The notes under the pieces: generated by a model
Seen by the model: only the letters and a program-made list of their open reading frames with translations
The model's database searches: none
Told to the model about the DNA's origin: nothing
Assembly: GCA_051294375.1 (NCBI GenBank)
Contig: CM119263.1
Span: forward strand, 22,842,833 to 22,906,832
From: Paraspadella gotoi
Taxonomy: Eukaryota > Animalia > Chaetognatha
Direction: 5' to 3'
Length of the DNA stretch: 64,000 bases
Part shown: piece after piece, positions 25,421 through 38,902 of the stretch
Layout: each line of letters starts with the position of its first letter
How positions within the stretch are numbered: position 1 is the first letter of the stretch
Translations under genes and position numbers: made by a program

Positions 25421-26110
25421 TAAAAGATAAGTAACCTTCTGAACTACATTATAACTGATTGATTGATTTATGATTTGATTGATCTAGTGATTGATCGATT
25501 ATTTTATTTATCAATCGTAAATTGGCGGTTTAACTAGCGAATAAAATCCTGCTCAGTTTCACGGCCTATTTCGCGATCAGTTTATATTCGTTTTTCGGCG
25601 CATTTTGCTTCAAAATATTTTCAACTTTAAAAACTAAACGATTTTCGCAATTTCTATTTTCTCAGACGCGCGCGTCCAACATTTCGTCTCGTTAACCATC
25701 GTCTACCTGGATTACCTCTTCAAAGCTCAAGTTTAATTCTTTTTTTTTTTAGGCGTTTTCAACGATTTCTCTTTTGGCTTAATTTTGAAATACGATACTA
25801 ACCCTAATCAATTTTTATTCCGTTTTTGAAAAATTTTATAACTAGCTCTAAGTTTAAAAATACCTTTTCATTTAATTTTAACCTACGGTATTGTGAGAAA
25901 CCGTCTCGCCAACGCGTTTTTTCATTTTACCGCGCCGTTTAAACAAAGTTTTGTCAGATAATTTTGTAGTTTTAATTCTATAAATATTTACGCGAAAATT
26001 TTTCTTTCGGATTTTTCCCTTGAATGAAAAGATCGAAAAATTTTTGTCTTTTCTGTTCGGCGCAGAATTAGCAATTTTTTACAGTCAATATTTTACAGCC
26101 ATCAGCGATC

Positions 26111-28170
26111 ATGGAACACCTTCTGGATATGGAGGCCCCTCAAGGACGTGGAACCCGCCGCGCCTCCACCTTGCCTTCAGCGGACAATCTCAAACGACGC
26201 CGCACGGAGGACGTCATCACACCACCCACCATCACCGTTGAGGACGCCACCCCAATCTCACCGCCTCCACTATCACCGGACGACGCCTTCAGGACTCCAT
26301 GCGGCGACCAGACGAAAGTCAAAAGCGTGATCACGCCCCCCCGATCCAACGTCGGCTCTTCCGGACCGTACCAGGGTCATCAAACGGGCTGATCCAGACT
26401 TTCAACAACAGGATTCTGGCATTGGAGCGAAGCAGGAAAGCTTCAATGAGAGCGTGAGGTGCTCAATTGAGTACCTCACATCAACACTCCAACGCCTGCT
26501 AGCAGCTCAGCAGGCACCACCGGCGATGCCACACAGGTCCACAGGCGACCTTAGTCAAAGACTATGCCAGTTTGCAGGTCAACAACACCCGGACAACGTC
26601 GACGCGGTAGGAGCCTCCTCCACCGTACCAATGGACTACCAGACGCCAAGCACCAACCGGTCCAAGACGCCTAAGCTGCCGCCTTTTGATGTCGGCAACA
26701 TCAGAGCCTGGCTTGCTGCTGTCGAGGGGTGTTTCCGCCTCGCTGCAGTTACAGACGATCAGCACAAAAAAGATGCACCTTCTAGGCGCAGTACCACAGG
26801 AGCACCAGGTCCTGATCAGAGGTTTTTACACCAATGACCACCCTGTCTCTGGTGGTTACCTAGCTGTGAAAAAGCATCTGAGCTGTTCGCCGAGAAGCCC
26901 CGGCAAAAGGCACAAAAACTCCTTGGTCACCACTCCCTCGCAGGACGCACTCCTTCGCAGTTCGTGGCCGCACTGCGTGCTGAGGTCGAATCACTGACGA
27001 TCGACCATCTCCTCAACGCGATCCTGGCCAAGGTCCTCCCAGCCCATGTGGCCGGAAGGGTAGTCAGCGATGGGGACGAGACGCCGGAAGCGATCGCCAA
27101 GAAGGCGGACGCATTTTACTCTGCCCAAGGTGATCTTCAGATCACCTCAAAACCCATTGGAAAAGTCGTCAGTCATGTCGACACCTCCAACTCGATGGGG
27201 CATCTTTGAGGACGACCTTTCCGACTCAGAGTGCGATGAGTATGCGCCCGACTTGGCGGATGACGCATCCACCACAGAGAATGTGCCTCCACTAAGGCGT
27301 AGTGAAAGTTACATACGAAAATTCTAAAAGTCAATTATGAACAACATACCATCAGTGAACATTAATTTGTAAAAAAAATTAATTTTATGTTTTTTAATTT
27401 TCGCAGTAGGCTATATTTATATATAGTACTATCCTTATAAAATTGAAAAATTTCAAAATAGGCTTTTCTTAATTTTGATTGCAGATTTGAATTCCTCGTC
27501 AAAAGTTGATAAAAGAAAATATAATTCATTTTTAAAAATTCTTTCATTAAGTAGGTTAAAAATTACAAAAAACTATATTTAATTTAAAAAGTTAAATTTC
27601 AGTTTAAAATATAGCTTTTTCTAATTTTTGACCCACTTAATGAAGGAATTTTTCAAAAAGAGTTATATTTCTTTTATCAAATTTTATGACGAATCCAAAT
27701 CTGCAAAAAAATCTTAGAAAAAACTGTTTTGAAATTTTAAAATTTATTGGTTTAGTACTAGTATAAATATGGCCTACTGCATAAATTGTAAAATTTATTA
27801 TAAATTTTTTTTATACATAAATGTTCATAAGTATAATGTTGTTCGTTCCTCACTTTTTAGAATTTTAATTAAAGTTAAACTTAGGAATTTTACTACGCCT
27901 TAGCCTCCACGCACGTGCGCCAGCGTGTGTGCCGCGACTTCCGGACGTGGCCAACTACGCCCCAGGACACAGGTCCGACCTGGCTACCGAAGACCACGAC
28001 AACACAGCAGCGCCGTTTCCCCAACAACAGCAACAGCACTACCTTCTCTCGCCGACCAGTTGCAAACTCTTTCAACTCCTCTCCTGATCTCATCAATGGA
28101 CTTTGTTTCTATCATCGACATTTGGAGACCGAGCAATCAAATGTTACCCAGGATGCAAGCGGGGAAACGG
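26111..28170 (+). pseudogene. gag: Gag, frameshifted and interrupted by a hAT MITE
   Basis: Contains KLPPFDVGNIRAWLAAVEGCFRLAAVTDDQHKK. A C-X2-H-X9-C-X3-C knuckle (CFYHRHFGDRAIKCYPGC, 28104-28156) appears after restoring one T. A slippery GGGAAAC is at 28162-28168. Confidence 0.85.
27293..27902. mobile_element. Non-autonomous hAT transposon inserted in gag
   Basis: TIR TAAGGCGTAGT and an 8-bp TSD GCCTCCAC (27285-27292 / 27903-27910). It is an AT-rich block within GC-rich gag. Confidence 0.93.
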
Positions 28171-31100
28171 CCGATGCCAGCAGCCGGAGGCAGTAAACGC
28201 CGCTGCTGGTAGTACAGAACCCTTACTGCATGTGTAACGACAACAACACAATTTTGACATGGCTTGTGACGGTGGTGCAAGCGTCACCTTGATGGCGCCT
28301 TCGCCATCAGAAAAGCTCCGCGGTGGCTCCGCGCCTCAACTTCATGCTGCAAACGGGTCTCCAATCTCTTCCTACGGCACCAAACAAATCACTATCAGAC
28401 TAGGAAGACGCACATACTCACTAACAACCGTACTCGCTGACGTTACGACCCCTATTCTTTGGAGCTGATTTTCTGATGGAGCATCATTTAGCCGCCGACC
28501 ACAAGCTCGGCCTACTCGTTTGATCTTGATGATTTTTTCAACAATCGCAGGCAAATCTTACCTGGACAGGCCTTTCAGAGTCAATACAGTCAATAATGCC
28601 TATTTCAAATTGATTGACGAACGCCAGAACTCACACAACTAGATTTGACCCTTCGAAGACCATGCACGGTGTAGAAACACCACATTCCAACCGAGGGTCC
28701 GCCTGTCCACTCCCAAGCACGCCGACTTGCACCTGACAAACTCAAAGCAGCCAAAGAAGAATTTGCAAAAATGGAGAAGCTGAGGCATTATACGGAAGAG
28801 CAAGAGTGCTTGGGCATCACCACTGCATGTGGTCAAAAAACCTGACGGCTCACTCAGATGTTGCGGTGACTACAGGCGCCTCAACGCAGTCACAAAAGAC
28901 AACCGCTACCCCATCAAAAATTTGATGGATTTCAACGCACATGTCGCAGGCAAAAAATTTTTCAAAAGTAGACCTTTGTAAGGCTACATCAAGTACCTGT
29001 AGCAGAGCAGGATATTTGCAAAACAGCCGTCATAACTCCTTTTGGCTCGTGGAATTCCCGTTCACCCCATTTGGCCTCAAGAATGCAGGTCCTGATTTTC
29101 AAAGGATGATGGACGAAGCCCTCAAAGATTGTACCACACATCTTTGTATATCTAGATGACATCCTGGTCGCCTCAAGCAATGAAGAAGAACACATGCAAG
29201 ATCTCACACTAGTGTTTGACACCCTGCAAGCAAATGGTTTAGTAGTGAACAGGGCAAAATGTGTACTGGGCGTACCATCACTCGACTTTCTCGTTACCAG
29301 GTAGACGCAACAGGCGTCAGGCCATTGGACACAAAGTTGAACACATCAAGCAATTCCCCCAGCCAACATCAGTCAAAGAGGTTCAAAGATACTTGGGCAT
29401 GCTCAACTACTACCGGCGTTTCATTCCACACATCGCCGAAGTCCGTACACCATTATACCAAGCCTTAAAAGGCAACCCCCGAGTCCTTAAATGGACCGAG
29501 GAAATGACTCAAGCCTTCAACAAGTCGAAAGAAGCTCTAGCAAACGCAACTATGCTTGTCCACCCTGTGGACGGGGCACCTTGAGCCCTGACCGTCGATG
29601 CGTCACTGACGGCCATCGGCGGCGTCCTGGAGCAGAAGATTGGTGGTCAATGGCAACCCTTAGGCTTTTTCTCAGCCCCGCTAGCTCAGAACCAGACAAA
29701 ATGGCCACCTTTCAACCGGGAACTCCTTGCCGCACACCGCTCAGTCCGGCACTTCAGGCCATTCCTGGAAGGGCGCTACTTCGTTCTGTTCCCTGACCAG
29801 AACAGCCTAGTTCCCGCCATACGCAAGAAATCTGAGCCACACTCAATGCGTCAAACATATCAATTATCTGCCATCTCCGAATACACAACAGACATTCGAT
29901 ACAATGAGGGCAAGGCAACGTGGTAGTGGACACACTATCAAGAATCATCAGCCCAGCAAGCAGTGGCCCAGAACCTGAAGGATCATCAGGACCTTCAGAA
30001 ATGCCCTCTTTGGTCGCAACGGTCAACGCAGTTGGCCCCAAGGCGTCGATTTTTGCCGCTTTAGCCGGTGACCAGAGTTCCGACGAGGAGATCCAGCGAC
30101 TCCTGGCGGACGCCCACACCAGCCTGCGATTCAAGATAATTCGCCTGAACGACTTTGACATCATCTGTGATGTCAGTTCAGGCAGGGCGCGCCCCTTGGT
30201 TCCCACAACTTGCGCCGTCGAGTTTATGATGCCATCCACAAACCTAGCTCACCCGAGCGTCAGATGCACAAAAAAGCTGGTAACAAAGAGATTTGTTTGG
30301 CCACAAGCCGCGTCAGACGTGGCAAAATGGGCTCAGGCTTGCCTTGACTGCCAGCGCAGCAAGGTACAACGACACACCCAGGCTCCACTACAACCTTTCG
30401 AAGCACCATCGAGGCGTTTCGAACACATTCACATTGACTTGGTGGTCCCTTGCCCACCTCAGGCGGTTACACGTACCTTTTAACCTGTGTAGACCGTTTT
30501 TCTCGCTGGCCTGAAAGCATATCCCCTTCGGGATATCTCCACAGTAACTGTAGCAACAGCCTTCCTTCAGAACTGGATCGCCAGATTCGTGTACCAAGCC
30601 ACGGTCACTTCCGACCGTGGAACACAATTCACTTCTGAATTGTGGCATCACTGAGCCAAGCTATAGGCTACAAGCTCAACACCACCACAGCTTACCACCC
30701 GCAGGCGAACGGGATGGTCGAACGGTTTCACCGTACCATGAAGGATCATTGAAAGCGCGTTGTGATGCGTCCGGCGCAAATTTGGTTCAATCAACTACCC
30801 TGGGTCTTATTAGGACTCAGGTCCGCACCAAAAAGAAGACCTACAAGCATCACCAGCAGAACTTGTATTCGGAGATACAATAGCAGTCCCAGGCGAACTG
30901 GTAATAGGTACACAGCCAAACAAGAGCAAATGCCCCAAAATGAGCTGCAAAAACTTGAGACATGACGTTGCATTGTTGAGACCAGTAGTTCCTAGTTGGC
31001 ACTCAAACCCACCTGTTCATCTTCTCGCAGTCTTGCCTCAGCAAACTGGGTTTTGTGCTCCGCGGCCAACAGGGTCACTCGCTAGCTACGCCCTACTTGG

Positions 31101-31197
31101 GCCTTACAAACTAGTCTCAAGAGATGACAAGACCTTCACAGTGGACATCCCTGGCCGAGGACAAGAGAAGATCTCCATCGACAGGATCAAGCCAGCA
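28171..31197 (+). pseudogene. pol: Pol polyprotein (protease, RT, RNase H, integrase) with many 1-nt frameshifts
   Basis: Protease CDGGASVT. RT motifs CGDYRRLN, PFGLKNAG and YLDD (29149-29160). RNase H LTVDAS and RELLA. Integrase AHP...CLDCQ, HIHIDLV, VDRFSRWPE, SDRGTQF, AYHPQANGMVERFH and GPY. Confidence 0.93.
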
Positions 31198-31263
31198 AAA
31201 GAAAGAGAAAAAGAAAAAGAAAAAGAAAGAGAAAGAGAGAGAGAAAGAAAGAGAGAGAGAAAG

Positions 31264-31363
31264 NNNNNNNNNNNNNNNNNNNNNNNNNNNNNNNNNNNNN
31301 NNNNNNNNNNNNNNNNNNNNNNNNNNNNNNNNNNNNNNNNNNNNNNNNNNNNNNNNNNNNNNN
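31264..31363. other. Assembly gap (100 N)
   Basis: Run of n. Confidence 1.
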
Positions 31364-32600
31364 CCCTTAAAATTGACATTAATAATAAGCTTAAAATAAA
31401 CTTAACTTAACTCAAAACCTAAGACTTATTCAACCCTAACCCTAAACTGACTACCAACTCAACCTAACCCTAACCCTGAAATCTGAGTTTAGTTAGGCGA
31501 ACATCGCCATAACTCAGGAACGCTAGATGTAGTTCAGTGCAAATCTCCAAAATCGTGGACTAAGCCATGAACCCTCTCCATTTGGTCGATTTACTGTGAA
31601 CTACATCTAGCGTTCTAGTTATGGCGATTCGCCTAACACTGAGAACTCCAGATAGGGTTGAGTGTTGTTAGGGTGAGTTGGTAGTAGTTAGGAGTTAGGG
31701 TTGAGATAGTTTAAGGGTTAGGTTGACGTTAAGATTAAGTTTTTTTAGGCTATTATTAATGTCAATTTAGGAATAGGGAGGAGGGTGTTTTTTGATGACA
31801 AGGAGGCCCGCCGTTGGGTAGGGTTGAGGCACGAGATCGTACGGGGAGCCTGGCCCGATTGAGGGTTAGGGTTGGGGAGAGAGGCCTCTGGGTTATATAT
31901 CGAAGGCAATTAGGCGTAGGGTGGGTACGGAGATGTACGGGTAGGCCGGGCCTGGTTTATGCGGTTAGGGGAGGCAGACGAGTGACGCAGGCTCTGGTTA
32001 TGGCTTAGTGGTTGCGGGAGGAGGGACCCATGGTTGATGCATCGAAGGCGGTTAGGGTGTAGGGTTGAGCACGGAGATTTACGGAGGCTGGGCCTGGGTT
32101 AGGGTAGTGGGAGGCATGGAGTTGAATCGGGAAGGGCCTTAGTTTAGGTTATGTTGGGGCGAGGGGTGCCCGTGGTGATGCATCGAAGGCGTTTAGGGTT
32201 AGCGGTTAAGGCACGGAGAGTACGGAGAGGCTGGGGCCTGGTTAGGGTAGAGAGAGCACAGAGTTGAACGGAAGGCTTGTTTAGGTTAGGTTGGGAGGGG
32301 CCCGTGGTTTGATCATCAAAGGCGGTTAGGTTAGGGTTGCACGCATTGGAGACTGTACGGCTGAGGGCCCAGGGCCCGGGTTACGGCGTTTAGGAGAGGC
32401 TACTGGAGATTGAAACGGGAGGTTTGGTTAGGGTTAGGTTTGGGAAGGAAGCCTTGAAGAGTGATGTTCATCCCCGTGTTATGCTGCAGCTTTTCATTAT
32501 ATTCGCTACTTTTATCATGGCGAGCGCCAGTGGGGGACTGGCGACATCGCCAAAGCCCTGGCGATATCGCCATGGGCGGAAGTCGCCAACCAACTAGACC
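31364..32600. repeat. TTAGGG-containing minisatellite element with a ~400-bp fold-back at its left end
   Basis: Units like AGGGTTAGGGTTGAGGCACGGAGATGTACGG. 31364-31770 is an imperfect palindrome. A cleaner related copy is at ~33890-34260. Confidence 0.7.
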
Positions 32601-34305
32601 GGCTGTTGCCATAATTATAGCATTTTTTCTCCCGGCTTTAAAAGTGAATAAAATTCAAATAACCATATACCTCCTGACACCTAATAATTTTTAGCTTACA
32701 GCAGATTGCGGCTCTAATAATTACTTTGTCGGGTCCGTTCCTCAAATCTTGTCGGTAAGTTCACTTAAATCCATGGTCAGTACATCGAATTATGATAAAT
32801 ATGCAAAAAAAATCGATGTCCGTCCGTCTGTCTGTCTCTCAGCTTTGAAACGCCAATTACTCGTGAGTGGATGGGGTGATTGAGGCAAGATTTAAAGTTT
32901 CAATGGAATCGTGCGGTCAAGTTGGAATAGAGTCACTCTGGTCCATTTTATTAATTCTGTTCAATTTTTAAGTTTCTTTCTCTCTCTCTCTTGCATTGAC
33001 AGATTCTTAATTGATTTATTAAGGTTTCTGTTGATTTGTTAGTCTCTCTCTCTCTCTCGCATTCATGAGCGAATTATCATGCATTTCACTATTATCGCCC
33101 ATCTAGTAAATCCTTATAATTGGCATAATTGAATGATTGATCGTCGCCACCAATAAATGATATCATCAATAAAATGAACTACTCATAATGTAGTCCACAT
33201 TACTATTCATCGGCATCAATGACAATCATTCCAACAATGAAGGGTTATTATCTATGCCATAATTAATAATAATTGTTTAAAAGTGTTTTAAGTTAAATTC
33301 TTGCTGGGCCAGACTGTTGTTTTCACACGTCTTCTCATAGGGAAACAGTTACTGTTCGCATGAACTTGGATACAATCTATTGGCCTTAAAGATAAATACT
33401 GCGCGATAACTAAACCACTCGGCGCATAAGTAAATGAAATAATAGCTAATAATAGTCCTCTGAGAAACTGTTTAAACGAATGGCGGATATTTAGTGGACG
33501 GAAAGCAATCAATAAAATCTGACATAGCAATAAAAAAAGTTTAATACATCTTTACTAATTAAACGGGTGTACGCTCTTTTCCTATGCGAAAAAAAAGTCG
33601 ATCTCCGATGCTTCTCCAAAATTTTTTACTAGAAAAAATCACTTCATCGAGCTAAAAAAATAATATTCAATAATAATATTTAGTTTTACTGACCTTTACC
33701 CTTTATTTTAATATTTCCGAAAAACTGACGCGTGATATACGTCATGTTAACTTTTATTGCAACAAACATTTTTTGAGCACCAAACAAATAAATCCGCAAT
33801 TGTTATCTTTTCGGGGGTTTCTTCGGCGCGAAAAGTCTGAGCGGCGTTCTCAACCTCAACGTCGTCGATTCTCCGTCGAGGCCAAACGCCGATTTTAGGG
33901 ATAGGGGTAGGGAGGGTGTTGTTGATGACCAACAGGCCCGCGTCAGGGTTGAGGCACGGAGATGTACGGGAGGCCTGGGCCCGGTTTAGGGTTAGGGTTG
34001 GGGGAGGGGCCCGTGGTTGATGCATCAAAGGCGGTTAGGGTTAGGGTTGAGGCATGGAGATGTACGGGAGGCCCAGGCCCGGCACAGAGTTGAACGGGAG
34101 GTTTGGTTTAGGGTTAGGGTTGGGAGAGGAGCCTGAAGGTGATGTTCATCCCCGTGTTAGCTGCGCTTTTCATTATATTCGCTACTTTTATCACTGGCGA
34201 GGTCGCCAGTGGGGGGACTGGCGACATCGCCAAAGCCCTGACAGCAACCAACTAGAACCACACCTGCGACTCGTGCGTGAATCGCCGGCGACATCGCTAT
34301 TTGAA

Positions 34306-34561
34306 TGAACTACAACTTAGGGTTGCCTGTGATGCCCATTGGGATGGGGCATCTCACTGTTGGCTTTGGGGGCTTCCGACCCTCAGTGACGCATCCAGTC
34401 ACTGGCGCGGTTACCCTAGGACGGTCTCGCTTTGCCAACGCAGAGGGAAGTCGTTAGGACTGTGGATGGAACACTACGCCTGGGATGGTGTTTTTCCCCT
34501 CTGAGCCAATGGATTTGGCTGACGGATGGTGGACGTGAGGCGGTGTGAATATACCGCCACA
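34306..34561 (-). mobile_element. Family 2 solo-LTR-like element with twister candidate
   Basis: Colinear with 50676-50915. The left boundary is uncertain and no TSD was found. Confidence 0.7.
34359..34439 (-). ncRNA. Type-P5 twister candidate, family 2
   Basis: GUUGGC-AAA-GCGA-GA-CCG-UCCUAGGG-U^AA-CCGC-GC-CAGUGAC(UGGAUGC)GUCACUG-AGGG-U-CGG-AA-GC-CCCC-AAA-GCCAAC. Pseudoknots CGG/CCG and GC/GC. Predicted cut at 34413/34412. Confidence 0.7.
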
Positions 34562-34688
34562 ATATGTTCATTTTAAATTTTAAGTACTTTATAATCATCA
34601 GAAAGAAATTTTAAAATCGAATCGATGAAGTTGTTGTTTCAGTCACCAAATAAAGAAAACTTATTTGTTAATACAAATATAAAAATAT

Positions 34689-35961
34689 TGAAGAGACAGT
34701 AATTATTGTTATGTTTTAGTGACAGAACCGTTCAATATAAGCATTCCGTGGGCTTCGGATCAGGCTGTTTCACCGTGTTATAGGCGAGTTTAGCGCCCCG
34801 ACCCTTTGCACGGTTCCCTAGACACCCCGAAAAAGAAAATAGAAATAACCCATTTTTGAAACACAAAAAAATGAAAAATATAATGTTTTTACTACATCGT
34901 AGTGAAGTCGAAAAATTCTGATCCAAGCAAGTTTTTTTTAATTGAATTTTAAAGTTTTGTTATAATTTTTCATACAAAATAATGAGAAACTAATCATTTT
35001 TCAGTAAGAATTCTAATATTAAAAGCTTAAAATATTAGCAAAAAATAGACAAATCACAATTTTATTTGTATATATTTGGAGAAAAAAAGTGATCACAAGT
35101 CATGTTTGATTAAAAAATCTTTAAATATGAAATTTAATTTATTATTGGCATATTTTCCTATCAATTAAAACCTTTTATGATAAAATATATTGAAAATTGA
35201 CTCAAATATTAATATTTTTGAATATTTTTTTTACTTTTTAAGCATTTTGTGGAATTGTTTTTGTCAATATCTCAAAAACGAATTATCACGGAGAACTGAG
35301 ATTAGACTCAAAAGAAAGATCATAAAATGAGGATTCTTTTGGATGTATAATATTACTAATTATGCTCTTGCTTGATGTTAAATTATTTAAAAATATATAT
35401 ATAAAATTTAACAATTTTATACATAGCATTTCATAGTAGTTATTGGTTGAAGAAAAATTTAAAATTAGGTTAATTTTGAAGCTAAGCAATTGTATGTTAC
35501 ATTTCTATAGTTTTTTATTAAATAAGAATTGATTAAGTCTTTCATGTAGTAATTACAAAATGGTTACTATTTTTGTAATAAATTGAGTTATTTTCAATAA
35601 TAACTTGAGAATGAATAATCGTAGGCTTATGAGAGTGAGTTCAAATTAAAGCTCTCTTTCAGTAGATAATGATTGATATAAAGAAAGTAAAATTTGACAA
35701 AGAATGACAAAGTCGTTGATTAGTTTCTCATTATTTTGTATGAAAAATTATAACAAAACTTTAAAATTCAATTAAAAAAAAACTTGCTTGGATCAGAATT
35801 TTTCGACTTCACTACGATGTAGTAAAAACATTATATTTTTCATTTTTTTGTGTTTCAAAAATGGGTTATTTCTATTTTCTTTTTCGGGGTGTCTAGGGAA
35901 CCGTGTTTGCTAGGCGACTATCGGGCTAGAATCCCGGACCAATGGATTTTAGTCCACCATA
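34689..35961 (-). mobile_element. TRIM family 1 solo LTR, degenerate and interrupted by a DNA transposon
   Basis: TGAAGAGACAG...GTCCACCATA on the plus strand, with TSD ATAT (34685-34688 / 35962-35965). Confidence 0.82.
34809..35905. mobile_element. Non-autonomous Chapaev-like (CMC) DNA transposon
   Basis: ~185-bp TIRs start CACGGTTCCCTAGACACCCC, with a 4-bp TSD TTTG. A one-armed fragment lies at 46866-47325. Confidence 0.85.
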
Positions 35962-38045
35962 ATATGTTATATTATACATTACACTTTTTTTTAACCATGC
36001 AATCGAAAATTTTCACAATACTGTTCAGTTTCTAGTATAATTTTAAGTGCTTAAAACGATTAACAATGTGTCGTAAATTAGACCCATGCACAATTGACCG
36101 GAAGTTGACGTTGACTACAACATGGAATATTTCCCTTTTCTTAAACTTAAAATTTAAGTGAATATTATTTTTATAAGACTTAACTTATCTTGCAATTAGT
36201 CTCATTATTTAATCAGTTTTAATCAGTTTTAGATCAGAGTCGTATAAATTCTAAAACCCTTGGGACTAAAGTTAAATGAAACTAAATAGAAAAAAATAAT
36301 TAATAAAGTTTATACAGCTTATTAAAACTGAGCTTATATTCTTATCAGATTTTACATTTGTCTCACTTTACTGGAAATTGGTGTTTAGTCCATACTCGGT
36401 TAATCTTCTTATTATAAATTGAATATTAAGTAATTACTATTTTCAAAAAAGATTATCTGGCAATTAGTCTATTTTATAAGAATTATTTGACTATATGCTT
36501 TAAACTGACCTAGTGCTCAAATTTAAAGCTAAACATGTGTTATATAAAATAATTTAAAACTTACTACTTATTCTATCATAAAAAATATTATAAATATAAT
36601 AAAAGTTTTTGTTTTAATATTTATGGATTATGTATTAGGCCTTGAACATTTTTTTCCTGATGAATCAGAATGCTTGAATAATATTCCTTTGACATTACTT
36701 TTCAGTCAGCTTTTAGCCATTTTTTCAATCTTATACAAATAATGAAAAGCAACATACCAATATTTAGTTTTATTTAAAAAAATCCAATTAGGTTTTTTCC
36801 CTTTGCTGGCATTCAATGAGATTCATGATTTTCCCCAAGATTTATTTCTTCTGGATTAAAAAAGTTGCAGGTAAAAAGCTGGCTAAATATTAATATTTAT
36901 GTCATTTATATTTTTTTATTATTTTTTTATAATTTGACATTTTTTAGATGATTTAAGTATTTGAGTGACCAAACCAATGAACAGACAAAGGGGATGATAG
37001 AGTTGATTCTGCTTAAGCAGATTTGACTATAAAGCTTTTCTTACCAATTCTCATTGAGAATAAAGGTTTTGCTTAGAAAATCAAAATATCAAAAAAATAA
37101 CAAATCAGACTCTAGCAAAATCGAAAAGCTAGATGCTGATTTTTTTAGAATTCATATTTTTTTTCCTAACTCGTAATCCATTATTCTCAAGTTTCAAAAT
37201 CTTTTTTTCCAAAATCATTCAATCAATTTTTTTATTAATTAAAAATATTTTTTATAATGTTGCTTTCTTTAAAAGAATTAGAAAAAAGGGAAAAATATAG
37301 TAATTATGTAAGGATTTTGAAAATACCTTTAAAATATTAGATAATTAGACACAAGGGGAGTAAGAAGAAAAAAACTTGTCATATTGTTATTCAGATTAAT
37401 TGATTAATTACAAGTTAATAATTCATATAAATTGTGGAAATGATGGGTAAAAAATATTCATCTTGGTCTCGGTTAACTATTAAGTTATCGTTATAGTTTT
37501 GTTTTAATAATATTAATACTTTTTTTGCATTTATAAAAGCAATGGTCTGAAATTTTTTAAGCGTTTCGAGCTATATTGCTTCATCATTTTTCCCATTTTT
37601 GATCCAGTTAGCTTTTTTGTTGATGGTCAAGGGTTATGGTCAGAAACAGTAATGTCCAGTAGTGCACATCGCACATATTAGCAAAAGTAACAACCAATTA
37701 ATTTGGCTCTGAAACAACTCTAAAAGGACAAAATTAGCAGGACACCGTTTTGCCACGTTATTTTTCATTGTGTCATATATGATTTTTTAAACTTAAGTAT
37801 ACCAAAACGAAACAGGAAAATCAACTTTTATCTAAAAGCTTCAGAATCATAGACATATCTTTCATTGTATGTTTAATAACCTTAAGATTATTATTATTAT
37901 TTATTATTATTATTTAGTTTTGCAGTAGAGTACAGTGCTTTTTTTTCAAAATCATTGCTCCTAAACGGATAGACCGATTTTACTAAAATTTATACTAAAC
38001 TTACATCTTTCAATAAACTTCAAAATTCAAACAATTTCAAACAAA

Positions 38046-38143
38046 GGGTAATCGCGCCATTGGCAGGTGGTTCCACTGTGGGTCGGAAGCCCCTACCGCT
38101 TACAGTTTAAATGCCTACCCCAGCTGGGCATCACATGCATCCC
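38046..38143 (+). mobile_element. Diverged fragment of family 2 (3' half of the twister and downstream hairpin)
   Basis: GGGTAATCGCGC...GGGTCGGAAGCCC...GGGCATCAC aligns to the reverse complement of 34320-34416. Confidence 0.65.
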
Positions 38144-38298
38144 GGCTGTTTCTATGACATAGTGTTTTTTTCCTCATCCCCCTCCCCGACAAAAAAAAAA
38201 AAAAAAAACAACAACCAAGAAACCGATTCGCGCAGGATCGACGTTTTGTTTTTTTCCTTAGATCCGAACTGAGATATAAAGCCGCCTTGCGGATTACC

Positions 38299-38614
38299 AT
38301 GAACTCCAGCGGAGACTTCAACCCGTACGCCGCTAACGACGCCCAAATGCTGCACATTGCTCCGGCGGCGGCTGCTGCGGTCGCCAACGCTAGCTCGCTC
38401 AACACTTCTCACCCTTCGACGACGACGACGATTACATCGTGGTCGTCCTCCAATCCTTCCGCCGCAGCCGACGACGACGACGAGAGTCCCTTCGACTGGC
38501 ACTCCGTCACTGTCATCGCCATCGTCTCCGTCGGCACCGTCTTCAACCTCCTGGCGTTTCGTGTCATGTCCTGTCCCTCCATGACGTTCCTCAACGCCTA
38601 TTTTTACCTCAAGG
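38299..38614 (+). CDS. Class A (rhodopsin-like) GPCR, peptide-receptor/FMRFamide-receptor-like, coding exon 1 (N-terminus, TM1)
   Basis: ATG at 38299. The S/T-rich N-terminus has N-x-S sequons, and TM1 reads VGTVFNLLAFRVM. Phase-1 donor AAGG|GTAAAC; joining to exon 2 gives YFYLKVLAISD. Confidence 0.85.
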
Positions 38615-38902
38615 GTAAACTTTACGTTTTGTTTTCGTTGACATGTCTGTGACACATTATGACACATCTCCGGATTTATTTTTTCTCGTCTCTTCTTTCT
38701 ATGTTTCTAATATCAAATAAGTAGAACTAATCGACAAGAATTTTTTTTTTTTTTGCCAAAAAGATAAACATATACCGAAAGAGATTAGAAAAGAGTTGAT
38801 TACTTGAGTTCCGGGAATGAGTGAGTGAGGGAGTGAGAGAAGGAATAAATAAAATGAATATCTATGAAAACTGTGTCGGATCTGCCCACGATAATTTAGC
38901 GG

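Larger units (their letters stand above)
25128..31197 (+). mobile_element. Ty3/Gypsy LTR retrotransposon of the CsRn1-like clade; 3' LTR not visible before the gap
   Basis: 5' LTR TG...CA at 25128-25406, then a PBS, gag, and pol in the order PR-RT-RH-IN. It is inserted into the tail of a minisatellite element. Confidence 0.95.

Noticed and set aside
31780-32450. True telomere
   Set aside because: TTAGGG occurs only in short runs within longer units, and the block is repeated internally at ~33890.
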